Part shown: piece after piece, positions 22,985 to 33,097 of the stretch
Position numbering within the stretch: the first letter of the stretch is position 1
Layout: each line of letters starts with the position of its first letter
Source: Octopus bimaculoides
Taxonomy: Eukaryota
Direction: 5' to 3'
Assembly (NCBI RefSeq): GCF_001194135.2
Contig: NC_069004.1
Span: 18,351,898-18,384,994, forward strand
Length of the DNA: 33,097 nucleotides
Notes under the pieces: model-generated
Databases searched by the model: none
What the model was told of the DNA's origin: nothing
The model's input: the letters and a program-made list of their open reading frames with translations, nothing else
Translations under genes and position numbers: made by a program

Positions 22985-23360
22985 TTGTATCTCTACAAAG
23001 CCACCATTCTACCTTATGTCGAATATTGCTGTCATTTTTGAGCTGGTGTCTCCTCTGAGTGTTTTAACTGGCCTAATCGATATCTGAATCGAGTTGTTAA
23101 CATGATGAGTATTCTTTCTACAAGGTTGGAAGCTGTCTCACATCTTCGTTGTGTCTTTTCGCTGACTACTCCCATGGTCATTGCCCTATACCGTCTGTCA
23201 AAACCTTTAAACGTGTCATCCGCTTCTCTTTTCAGTTGAGCTTCTTGTTAGTTATAAGTCTTCTTATTCTAATAACCTCTTTCCTCAAACTGCTGTTCTC
23301 TGGAACTTGCTACCTCTTGTCTATAATATTCAATCCTTTCAAGTGTTATATCTATCGAAA
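22985..23360 (+). mobile_element. Decayed CR1-group LINE, 3' end of RT ORF
   Basis: LYKATILPYVEYCCHF*AG (22991; cf. LYKxxIRPxxEYCxxxW), CLFADYSHGHC (cf. CLFYRYYxGxC), SYSNNLFPQTAVLWNLLP..YNIQSF (cf. SFFPRTxxLWNxLP..NLxxFK). Confidence 0.75.
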
Positions 23361-23585
23361 CCTTTTGAATTTGTTGGCCCCCTTCTTTCACTTCTTTGTA
23401 GTCCATTATGGTACGGTGGCCTCTAACCTTACTAAGGGCAAAATCGTATAAGACGAATGGTGTAAGTATACCCGATTGGCTTAGATATATGCTTCCTAAT
23501 CATGAGAAAGAGTAGTAAGATGACGAGGAGGAGGATAAAATGATGGAGGAAGAGGAGGAGGGAAATGCACTTGTTTCACTTAAGC

Positions 23586-23624
23586 CGAAATTCCCGAATG
23601 CGAGGCGGAAATTCCCGAATGCGA
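23586..23624. repeat. Short near-tandem duplication (gaaattcccgaatgcga) x2
   Basis: ccgaaattcccgaatgcgaggcggaaattcccgaatgcgaatgc. Confidence 0.85.
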
Positions 23625-23824
23625 ATGCAGCAACAATTAGTCAATAGAATAATTAGTGTTAGCGTATTTGAATATATTGAACATTAAATGCTTAATATCT
23701 AATTAGAAATGCTTTTGTTGTGAAGGGAAATCGCTATTAGCTTCATTAGACGTGTTGTAACAGCGATGAGAGAATCACTAAGCGCATTTTAATATTGTAA
23801 ATATATAGAAGTGAAGAATTAACA

Positions 23825-24095
23825 TAGAGTTTGCCAGAGAGAGTTTGATAGGAGAGTTTGATAGTAGAGATTGATAGGAGAGTTTGATAGCTAGAATTTG
23901 GTAAGAAAGTTTAATAGAAGTGTTTGATAGCAAAGTTTGTTGGAAAAGCTTGATAGATGAGTTTGATAGAGATTTTGATATAAGAGTTTGAAAAGACAGT
24001 TTGATACGAGAGTTGAGAATCTGATAGAAGAATTTGACGGGAAAGTTTCATAGGTGAGTTTAATGAGAGTTCGATTGAGTTTGGTAAGTGAGGAT
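23825..24095. repeat. Degenerate 13-bp minisatellite (GAGAGTTTGATAG), about 20 units
   Basis: gagagtttgataggagagtttgatagtagagattgataggagagtttgatag..., decaying 3'-ward. Confidence 0.9.
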
Positions 24096-24340
24096 TGTGA
24101 GAATCATCAAAAACAATAGTATCACTTCATTTTCTCTCATTTCTTTACTCTCAGACAAATGGCCAAATCCCAAAACGTCACCACACTTCTCACGATAGTT
24201 GAAATCAACAAATTCTTCGACTGATCTCTCTGATGTCTATGTATATCACATTACTTTAGAGATGTATTTTACGTGAAAGAAAATGTATTTCTATCCACAT
24301 TAGAGTTGAGAGACAAACGCATGCACAAACACACACACAC

Positions 24341-24384
<44 letters not shown>

Positions 24385-26308
24385 GCTCAAATACACATAC
24401 ATTTTAAAGGAAAATGCATAACACCGTGCCATATTGAATTAAATATGTATGAAAATCCGACCTCTCTTCCTCCACTGATGATTATGTATGTAACATATGA
24501 AACATAAAGAGCCAAACACTACAGCATCATAGGGGTATATATTTTCATATCTATACTTAGAGATCTTGTAGTTCCCAATAAATATAGCTGTGTAATTGTA
24601 GCTCTGTCTCTATGTATTGAGCACTATTCTGACATTAAGATCCTTACATAAAAAATACAAACTAGTGTGTAAGTGTTGATTTATATATATGCATATATGT
24701 ACCAAATGTGTGTGTGAGTAATATATTTACACATACACACACACTGTATGTGTGTGTATATGTATGTATATATGTAGATATATATATTATTGTATGTATG
24801 TATATACACATATTTACATATACATACACCACAGCACCACATTAAAATCCAGTATAAACACACATTACACACACATACATTCACACACATGCACACGCAA
24901 AAACCACACACATGAATACGTGCGTCTGTCGCATGTATTGTTGGTGTGTTAAATTAAAACTTTAAGCAGCTGAAAAATATTAATGTTCCAAGATTTAGCT
25001 ATGACCACCTGGTTAATTCTTTAACTAAACCTGACTTAAGAATAATCATAAAGAGAAATTGTAATATACATACGTACATACATGTATGTATATATGTATG
25101 TATGTTTGTGTGTATGTATGTATCTGTTTTTCTAGTAATCAGCAAATTCTTCAGAACATAATTATATTATGTTTACTCTATTGTAAATGAAATCTATTTT
25201 TCTATAGATTAGTTTTCTATAGTTATCTTACGATCCGTTGTCTAATCTGTCTGTTTGTTTGTTTGCCTGCATACACACACACACACTATTATATATATAT
25301 ATATATATATATATATNNNNNNNNNNNNNNNNNNNNNNNNNNNNNNNNNNNNNNNNNNNNNNNNNNNNNNNNNNNNNNNNNNNNNNNNNNNNNNNNNNNN
25401 NNNNNNNNNNNNNNNNNNNNNNNNNNNNNNNNNNNNNNNNNNNNNNNNNNNNNNNNNNNNNNNNNNNNNNNNNNNNNNNNNNNNNNNNNNNNNNNNNNNN
25501 NNNNNNNNNNNNNNNNNNNNNNNNNNNNNNNNNNNNNNNNNNNNNNNNNNNNNNNNNNNNNNNNNNNNNNNNNNNNNNNNNNNNNNNNNNNNNNNNNNNN
25601 NNNNNNNNNNNNNNNNNNNNNNNNNNNNNNNNNNNNNNNNNNNNNNNNNNNNNNNNNNNNNNNNNNNNNNNNNNNNNNNNNNNNNNNNNNNNNNNNNNNN
25701 NNNNNNNNNNNNNNNNNNNNNNNNNNNNNNNNNNNNNNNNNNNNNNNNNNNNNNNNNNNNNNNNNNNNNNNNNNNNNNNNNNNNNNNNNNNNNNNNNNNN
25801 NNNNNNNNNNNNNNNNNNNNNNNNNNNNNNNNNNNNNNNNNNNNNNNNNNNNNNNNNNNNNNNNNNNNNNNNNNNNNNNNNNNNNNNNNNNNNNNNNNNN
25901 NNNNNNNNNNNNNNNNNNNNNNNNNNNNNNNNNNNNNNNNNNNNNNNNNNNNNNNNNNNNNNNNNNNNNNNNNNNNNNNNNNNNNNNNNNNNNNNNNNNN
26001 NNNNNNNNNNNNNNNNNNNNNNNNNNNNNNNNNNNNNNNNNNNNNNNNNNNNNNNNNNNNNNNNNNNNNNNNNNNNNNNNNNNNNNNNNNNNNNNNNNNN
26101 NNNNNNNNNNNNNNNNNNNNNATATATATATATATATATATATACATGTATAGAAAGAGAGAGAGAGGGGATATAAACAAATGTATGGATAGATGCAGAG
26201 ACAGAGAGATACATTGTACTTTTTGTGTTCGTGCGCGCGTGTATGTTTTTCTGTAAGAATGTATGCGCGCGTATACATTTATTTATATTTGCCAGTTTTC
26301 TTCATTCT

Positions 26309-26661
26309 TCAGTCATAATATTAATACTACGACTCGTCTTAGAATCATAATATTGATTTGTAACAGAAACATACAAGACGGCATATTTTGGGTGGTGTGG
26401 AAGATAAAATCGATTAAATATATCTCACTATATAACAGGTATTCTACTTTATGAACCCTGGAAAATGCAAGGTAATTTGTGAGATTTGAACTCGTAACCT
26501 TGCATTTTCCAGGGTTCATAATGTAGAATACCTGTTATATAGTGAGATATATTTAATCGATTTTATCTTCCACACCACCCAAAATATGCCGTCTTGTATG
26601 TTTCTGTTACATATCAATATTATGATTCTAAGACGAGTCGTAGTATTAATATTATGACTGA
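26309..26661. repeat. Long inverted repeat: 165-bp arms (163/165 complementary), 23-nt spacer
   Basis: 26309-26473 pairs with 26497-26661; two T.T mismatches. Confidence 0.97.
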
Positions 26662-26779
26662 CGTTCTAAAAATTCATACCAATGACTAATAGGAAGGTAT
26701 ATCAGAAGTACTTTAGCGTACTCTCAACCGCATTATCTCTCGTCTAAACTGTGATATGACCTATTCCGGTTTAGTAATA

Positions 26780-27000
26780 GGGTTAGCATTTAGGGTTAAG
26801 TTTCGGTTTTGGGGTTAAGGTTAGGTTACGGTTTAGGGTTTAAGGCTTATGGTTAGGGTTAGAGGAGGGTTTGTAGTTACGGTTAAGGTCAGGTTAGTTT
26901 TGATGTTAAGAATGTTGCTTATGATTAAGGTTTCGGGCTCCTGGTTGGTATTAGAGGTTAGGGTTACGGTAGGGTTTAGGTTATTCTCAGAGTTAGGTTT
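26780..27000 (+). repeat. Degenerate telomere-like (TTAGGG/TTAGG) tract
   Basis: gggttagcatttagggttaag..ggttagggttagagg..ggttagggttacggtagggtttaggtta; G/T-rich strand bias. Confidence 0.75.
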
Positions 27001-27089
27001 AAACTGTATACTAAAGTGCAAATGGCTAGGAAGAGCGCATGCTAAAAATGGTATCTGTTCTGTGGTAAGAAGTTTTACTTTCATACCAC

Positions 27090-27265
27090 ATTGTTTTAAA
27101 ATGTTTGACTATATTCCTCCGTCTCCTGTTCCTGACGAAGAATTTTGCTCGAAACGTAAAACCACCTTTCTTTCCTTCCCTGAGCGTCTGCTAATATTTT
27201 GCATGCACCACGTCCTCACGTTGTTCTTTTTTCTGTTTGTTCTTCGTTTTTGGGGACGGGATTTA

Positions 27266-27270
<5 letters not shown>
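27090..27270 (+). mobile_element. Short Penelope-end-like repeat with hammerhead-like core; ends at (TA)n
   Basis: CTGACGA A GAATTTTGCTC GAAAC GT A (27132-27158) followed by ttccctgagcgtctgctaata..cacgtcctcacgttgttcttttt..ttaccatatata. Stem I and stem II are degraded. Confidence 0.55.
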
Positions 27271-27298
<28 letters not shown>

Positions 27299-27604
27299 NN
27301 NNNNNNNNNNNNNNNNNNNNNNNNNNNNNNNNNNNNNNNNNNNNNNNNNNNNNNNNNNNNNNNNNNNNNNNNNNNNNNNNNNNNNNNNNNNNNNNNNNNN
27401 NNNNNNNNNNNNNNNNNNNNNNNNNNNNNNNNNNNNNNNNNNNNNNNNNNNNNNNNNNNNNNNNNNNNNNNNNNNNNNNNNNNNNNNNNNNNNNNNNNNN
27501 NNNNNNNNNNNNNNNNNNNNNNNNNNNNNNNNNNNNNNNNNNNNNNNNNNNNNNNNNNNNNNNNNNNNNNNNNNNNNNNNNNNNNGTGTGTGTGTGTGTG
27601 TGTT

Positions 27605-27795
27605 TGCGTGTCTGTGTTTATCGCTTAACAATCGATGTTGGTATGTTTATGTCCGCACAACTTTGCGATTCGCCAAAACACACCCATAGGAAAAGTACTA
27701 CGCTTACAAAGAATAAGTCCTGGGGTCGAATTGTTCGGTTAAAGGCGGTGCTCCAGCATGGCCTCAGTCAAATGACTGACACAAATAAAAGAATA
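27605..27795 (+). mobile_element. SINE family A 3' half
   Basis: atcgcttaacaatcgatgttggt..aagtactacgcttacaaagaataagtcctggggtcgaatt..ctccagcatggcctcagtcaaatgactga. Confidence 0.8.
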
Positions 27796-28004
27796 CATAC
27801 ATACATACATACGTACATACATACATACATACATACATACATAAATAGCTATATAAAGCACTAACCCAATGAGTTGACTCTTATTTCTAGCAATTCTGGT
27901 ACTGTTTTTTACCCTCATTTATTAACTTGTCTTTAGGTTAAATTGCTAACAGGCCGCCTATATTATAATATATTTAATATATTATATTGTTTTATTTATA
28001 CTAT

Positions 28005-28110
28005 ATATATATACCCGAGACAAGTTTAAAATAACGGTCACTGCATATTATTCCTTTATTGGAGCAAATTTGGGTTACAGCTGTTTCTATTAGTCATTAT
28101 AGGTACATTA
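28005..28110 (-). mobile_element. Possible decayed Penelope-end-like fragment
   Basis: Minus strand: GAAAC AGCTGT A ACCC (palindromic stem III-like) then an AATAAA-containing tail ending in (TA)n. The CTGANGA core is not intact. Confidence 0.35.
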
Positions 28111-28461
28111 CTGACAGGTTTAATCAATTGGTCTATTGATCAATTGAGGAAAATTGAACCACCTAAGAAAATTAATACTACTTTCGTCAGAGCCTTCATA
28201 TGTAATGATTATTATTTTTCACTTGTTTCTTATATATCACTCTGTGTAAAAACCACGTTGTCTGAGCCCATCCCCGGATTTACACTATAGAATTGTGATG
28301 AACCATAAACTTTGACCATACCAAAAGATTACCTGGAGTTTTTGACTAATGTAAGTAATATTGTTAGCCTCGTCTGCCAATAGAGAGCTTATGAAGTATT
28401 TTGCCGGATTGATAACCCCTCACTATTTGTTCTATATATACATATGACATTTCAAGTGAGA

Positions 28462-28675
28462 GATGAGCTGGCAGAAAAGTTAGCACGCCGGGCGAAATGC
28501 TTGGCGGTATTTTATCTGTCTATACGTAGTGTGTTCAAACAACGCCGAGGTCGACTTTGCCTTTCATCCTTTCGGGGTCCATAAATTAAGCACCAGTTGC
28601 GTACTGGGGTCGATCAAATCGACTTTCCCCCTCCCCCAAAATTTCGGGCCTTGTTCCTAGAGAAGAATATTATAA
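28462..28675 (+). mobile_element. SINE family B, full length, best-preserved copy
   Basis: gatgagctggcagaaaagttagcacgccgggcgaaatgc..gttcaaac..gtcgactttgcctttcatcctttcggggtccataaattaagcaccagttgcgtactggggtcgatc. The ccttTcatccttTcggggtc..aaa..ag.accag segment resembles the Deu/Nin SINE domain by eye. Confidence 0.9.
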
Positions 28676-28824
28676 GGCATATAAACATTCATACATATAT
28701 ATATATATGTATATATATATATTTATATGTACATACATACAGCTGTTATATATGAAGATGGATTTCTCTTGCATTGGTCGTTTTTGCTTGCAGACATTTA
28801 TATGTTTGTATGTATGTGTAATAT

Positions 28825-29180
28825 ATCTCCTATCGTTTAGTTATTTCAGTCTTTGGACGGTGGCTTTGAAGGGCTTTATCGAACAAATCGACTCAAGTAC
28901 CTATTTTTTAAAAGTTTGGTACTTATTCTATGGGACTTTTTTGTCGAACCGCTAGAATACGGGTGCATAAACATACCAATACCAGTTGTCAAGTAGTGGT
29001 AGGGGAAACACGCACACACACATATACTACGGACATTTATCAGTTCCGTGTGTACTAAATCCACTCACAAGCCTTTGCTTCGTCTGAGACTATGGCAGAA
29101 CTTACTTGCCCAAGGTATCACACAGTGGGACTGAACCCGTGTGGTCGGGAAGAAAACTTCTTACACACAGCCATGCCTGC
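28825..29180 (-). mobile_element. SINE family A, full length
   Basis: Reverse complement begins gcaggcatggctgtgtgtaagaag..cgggttcagtcccactgtgtgataccttgggcaagtaag (CORE-like ccttgggcaagt) and continues collinearly with the other A copies. Confidence 0.85.
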
Positions 29181-29217
29181 ATACATACATACATACATAC
29201 ATACATACGTACGTATG

Positions 29218-29251
<34 letters not shown>

Positions 29252-29581
29252 NNNNNNNNNNNNNNNNNNNNNNNNNNNNNNNNNNNNNNNNNNNNNNNNN
29301 NNNNNNNNNNNNNNNNNNNNNNNNNNNNNNNNNNNNNNNNNNNNNNNNNNNNNNNNNNNNNNNNNNNNNNNNNNNNNNNNNNNNNNNNNNNNNNNNNNNA
29401 TATATAATAGTTATCGCCAAGCGAACATGGCAGTCCCAAAATTAGGACGAAAGCTGCCGTGAATTAGCTCCAAGAAGCCATCGCCTCTAGCTAGCTATGT
29501 GACACACGAAACCTGTGTCCTTTATAACCTTCGAACAGGGGAGGTCAGCAGTTTCCCCAGTTTCCCCATATTCATACGTAT

Positions 29582-29582
<1 letters not shown>

Positions 29583-29650
<68 letters not shown>

Positions 29651-29651
29651 C

Positions 29652-29700
<49 letters not shown>
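29583..29700. repeat. (GATA)n + (GATT)n microsatellite
   Basis: Direct read. Confidence 0.97.
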
Positions 29701-29732
29701 TTCTGCGTTGGATGGGAAAACGGTAACGATTG

Positions 29733-29858
29733 ACAATTCTGCAAATGATAATAGTAATAATAATAAAGCATATAAGCGATCACAGTGTATTGGCTAATGA
29801 AAATAGTCGAATATTGGGGCATATAAGCCCTCGACAGAAAAAGTGGATTTTTGTACGC
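29733..29858 (-). mobile_element. SINE family D, copy lacking the tRNA head
   Basis: acaattctgcaaatgataat..taaagcatataagcgatc..ggcatataagccctcgac.gaaaaagt..gtacgc aligns with 32378-32518. Confidence 0.75.
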
Positions 29859-30850
29859 ATATGTGTGTGTGTGTGCGTGTGTGTGTATGTATGTATGTAC
29901 ACAAATGGATGGAGCACTTTTTTGTTGATTTTACCTCTATTGGATCTTTAAACTATATATATATAAAACAGCACTACGAAGTCATATGGTTAATATATGT
30001 CTTTTGTTTATGCGCTTATTGACTGCGAGATTCGTCCAGGGAAGCGTCTCTTTTAGACGTCGTGTGTTAAAAACCACTTAATACGTTACGGGAACGAGAA
30101 CGGTGGATATCGACATTTCGTTGTGGTTTCAGCACATCAGCACCGTGTACCCGAGTCACCTCGAAAGGAATTATACATATGAACAAACATTAATTATCAG
30201 TTCCACATGATTCCCCAAAACGATACAATATGACTTATTGAATCTACTAAATATAAAAAAGACACCCCCCCCCCCCCCCCCCACCTTAACCAATGCACTG
30301 TTTTTTATAGACTCTGCTTTCTCCTGTTTTAATCTTTATATCTCTTGTACAAGAAATGTTTATATAAAATTATATACACACGTTTAAGTAAATACACGTG
30401 GTTGTAGTCTTAAGCAGACTACAGCTTGTCTTGTTAATATAGAAACAGGCACCATTGTGTCTGAGGCTTTCGATTGGCTAAATTTACCCAAAAAGCTATT
30501 AACTTTTTATTTATTAATTTATGGCAAAATGAATTACAATCCCATAATTAGCATACAAAACTACATTAGTACACCAAATTTGGATAAGCAACTGAAAATT
30601 TCCCCCAAGGAGTTCTATCTGAAGAACGTGTTCTTAATATTTTAGTTTTAACTTCGAGCGAAATTCACATACCATTTGCGTTATCTACTTTCGGGCGTAG
30701 ATATTGGTTTCAAGTTGTTATTTCATAGTAGTAATCATTCGTTATGTGGTAGAAAATACATCTCTTTGTAGACATACCGCCTCGACCATTCATGAGCTGT
30801 TTGGAGGGATATTTTTTTATTTCTATCTACAGCACTTCAGACATGTGGTG

Positions 30851-31004
30851 CACTAGCGTAGCTGGAGTGTGTGCTGCCCGGGCCGGCCCTTCAGTTTGCC
30901 GCTTCCGGGCCCCCACGGAAAATATAAATTGCCTACAGCAGACCCAAAAGTGGTGCCGCCCTCATAAAAGTACCGTCCCTCTGCTCCTTCTAGCTACGCT
31001 AGTG
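30851..31004. mobile_element. hAT-superfamily MITE, 154 bp
   Basis: TIRs CACTAGCGTAGCT / AGCTACGCTAGTG (13 bp perfect). Flanks ATGTGGTG (30843-30850) and ATGTGATG (31005-31012) form an 8-bp TSD with 7/8 match; 8-bp TSDs are typical of hAT. GC-rich interior. Confidence 0.85.
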
Positions 31005-31139
31005 ATGTGATGTACCCTGGTTGCCAGGTAGTGTAAGGGGGATAATAATTTCTAGATAATATGTGGCGCGATTAGAATTTTGAATATGAAATCGAAAAAT
31101 GAGGAGAAAGATGCATAGAATATACATTCGTATATATTT

Positions 31140-31418
31140 AGTGGTTCGATTCCTGGCGATGCGCTGTGTCCCTGAGCAAGACACTTTATTTCACGTTGCT
31201 CCAGTCTACTTAGCTGGCAAAAATGAGTAGTACCTGTATTTCAAAGGAGCCAGCCTTGTCACATTCTGTTTCACGCTGAATCTCCCTGAGAACTACGTTA
31301 AGGGTATGAGTGTCTGTGGAGTGCTCAGCCACCTGCACGTTGATTTCACGAGCAAGCTGTTCCATTGATCAGATCAACTGTAGCACTCATGATCGTAAGC
31401 GACGGAGTGCCAGTGCCA
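31140..31418 (+). mobile_element. SINE family C, near full body
   Basis: gtggttcgattcctgg (B box), gtgtccctgagcaagacactttatttcacgttgctccagtctacttagctgg (V/Meta-like domain), tail ggagtgccagtgccagt. Confidence 0.8.
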
Positions 31419-31977
31419 GTTACATATTTCGAAATCCTGGATTGCTAAGTCCACAGCAAAGAGACCTCTTATACGCTGGGGATACAGGGATGAATTTATT
31501 ACAGGTTTATTATAAATATATTATTGTTCTGGTGACTGACGTGCAACCAAGAAGTAAAACATTCTGATGTTTTATTTGCCTGGCTGTGTAGAGCAGGAGG
31601 ACATGACAAAGACCCTTCAGCAAAGATATAAATTTTCATGGTATTTTTCATCCAGTAAGAAACGAGTAATGAGGTAAATATTTGCAACAATTTAATAGCT
31701 CTGATGTAAAAGTTAAACTGCTGGAGTTTTATTGCAAGATGAGCGTTCTGTTGGTCATGTATAAACTATCAACAAAGACTCTAATTATCCAGATATATTT
31801 TGATAAACTGGTCACGCATATGTTCGTGTGCACTTTAACAGCTAAGTAAAACGCATTATACACCCGGACACTCTCTCATATACAAACTACAACAATAGAA
31901 CGGTTCTCTCAACGCCTAATCAAAACGCCTAATCAGACATTTTATTCAAACAGCTTTGCAGAATGTTTCTTTATAGA

Positions 31978-32044
<67 letters not shown>

Positions 32045-32155
32045 TGCGTGTTTGTGTGTGTGTGTGTGTGTGTGTGTTTGTGAGTGTGTGTGCGTGTGTG
32101 TGTACGTGTGTGTGTGTGTGTGTATGTGTGCGTATGTGTGTGTGTGTGTACGTGT
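31978..32155. repeat. (TG)n microsatellite
   Basis: Direct read. Confidence 0.97.
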
Positions 32156-32282
32156 TGTATTTGTTTCATCATTTTCTATCGTGCGATGATCGGAAACGTG
32201 GCTCAGTGTAACGTCAGTTAAATTTTCAGCTTAGAATTTGTCTGTGTGTATATTTATGCATATATACACATGTAGACACAAA

Positions 32283-32318
<36 letters not shown>

Positions 32319-32377
32319 CGCCTGTGTACTTTTACTGTGATGGTGTTTTTCTTTTTTGTTAAGCCACATGGATTTTT

Positions 32378-32587
32378 ACAATTCTGTAAATGATAATAAT
32401 AATAGTATTTTATATGTCTAAAGCTTATAAGCGATCGCCGTGCAATGACTAAAGAAAATAGTTTAATAATGAGGCATATAAGCCCTCGACGGAAAAAAGT
32501 AGGTTTTCCCGTACGCGTAGGACTCGAACCCACACCTTTTCGGAGCTCATATTGCACTGTAGTTCCAATAACTACCGTTAGGCTTCG
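32378..32587 (-). mobile_element. SINE family D with class II (Leu/Ser-like) tRNA-derived head
   Basis: Minus strand ..gagctccgaaaaggtgtgggttcgagtcctacgcgtac (long variable-arm-like segment plus B box GGTTCGAGTCC). Body is shared with 29733-29858; ATT-rich tail. Confidence 0.7.
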
Positions 32588-32693
32588 TTATCAATCGTGA
32601 TACCCGCGATTGTTTTGAATTCAGATTTGTTTACGTCTGTTTATCTGCTACTTTCTCCTTCTCATTTATTTGTGACTTTACTTTTTGCCCCTT

Positions 32694-32882
32694 ATGGCTC
32701 CTACGAAAATTCATAGTGAAAGTGCTAAGTGTCCTGCTATAACGCTGGAAGATAAATCGGCGATGATAAAGCACCATGAAAAAGCTGAAAAAGTGGTAGC
32801 AATTACACGATCTTTTGGGATGAGTTGGACAACTGTATCAGTGATTGTACATAATAAGGACAAGATTTTAGCATATATCAAA
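32694..32882 (+). pseudogene. Tigger/pogo-type transposase N-terminal HTH (CENP-B-like) remnant
   Basis: MAPTK..AITLEDKSAMIKHHEKAEKVVAITRSFGMSWTTVSVIVHNKDKI matches the pogo/Tigger pattern (R)K.ITLEEK..II...E.G......IAR.LG...STV..I.KNK.KI. No DDE domain or TIR is visible. Confidence 0.8.
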
Positions 32883-32943
32883 CATATCAAACTATGTATT
32901 ATTGAAAATGCATTCATAAATAAAGTACAGAACTGGGAATACA

Positions 32944-33097
32944 TATATATAGGGAGAATTCACAAAAAACAACAGACGAAGACAGGTGGTGTTGAAAACA
33001 AATAGATGTATTAGTATAACGCTCGGAAATTAGGAAAGTCTTTAACGTTTCGAGCCTACGCTCTTCTACAGAAAGGAACACGGAAAGAAACAAGGAG
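32944..33097 (-). mobile_element. Short Penelope-end-like repeat (same family as 21927-22115), cut by the window end
   Basis: ttagtataacgctcggaaattaggaaagtctttaacgtttcgagcctacgctcttctacagaaagg aligns with 21994-22058. Confidence 0.7.
33039..33076 (-). ncRNA. Minimal hammerhead-like motif (A6U core variant)
   Basis: Minus strand: CCTTT CTGTAGA A GAGC-GTAG-GCTC GAAAC GT T AAAGA. Confidence 0.5.

Noticed and set aside
26849-27270. Long ORF 26849-27628 rich in V/R/L
   Set aside because: Arises from the degenerate TTAGGG tract plus a gap; not protein-like.
29426-29475. GTCC-caaaatta-GGAC-GAAA-GCT..AGC-TC, resembling hammerhead stems II and III
   Set aside because: The required CTGANGA before stem II is absent (catggca), and catggcag/ctgccgtg forms a competing hairpin.

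Overview
Repeat-saturated eukaryotic non-coding DNA with about 2.9 kb of N gaps in 10 blocks. I could not support any intact host protein-coding gene, tRNA or rRNA. Almost all ORFs in the supplied track are translations of microsatellites or N runs. The SINE set and the extreme (TA)n/(TATG)n/(GATA)n/(ATT)n density look like a coleoid cephalopod (Octopus-like) intergenic or intronic region; that assignment is inference from pattern recognition, not a search. Recognisable content: four families of tRNA-derived SINEs, and decayed coding remnants of an R4/Dong-type (RLE) non-LTR retrotransposon, a Penelope-like RT, a CR1-type LINE, possible RTE LINEs, a Helitron Rep and a Tigger/pogo transposase HTH. 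There is also an hAT MITE with 8-bp TSD, a second MITE-like element, two minisatellites and a degenerate TTAGGG-like tract. Most interesting observations: (i) a recurring short Penelope-end-like repeat carrying a minimal hammerhead-ribozyme-like fold with a palindromic, loopless stem III and core variants; (ii) two long fold-back hairpins, one built from hammerhead-bearing arms whose transition mismatches are all G.U-compatible on one strand; (iii) a 166-bp inverted copy of nearby DNA flanked by a 14-bp direct repeat with junction microhomologies, consistent with a templated insertion. All protein-family and ribozyme calls are by-eye motif matches and need computational confirmation.
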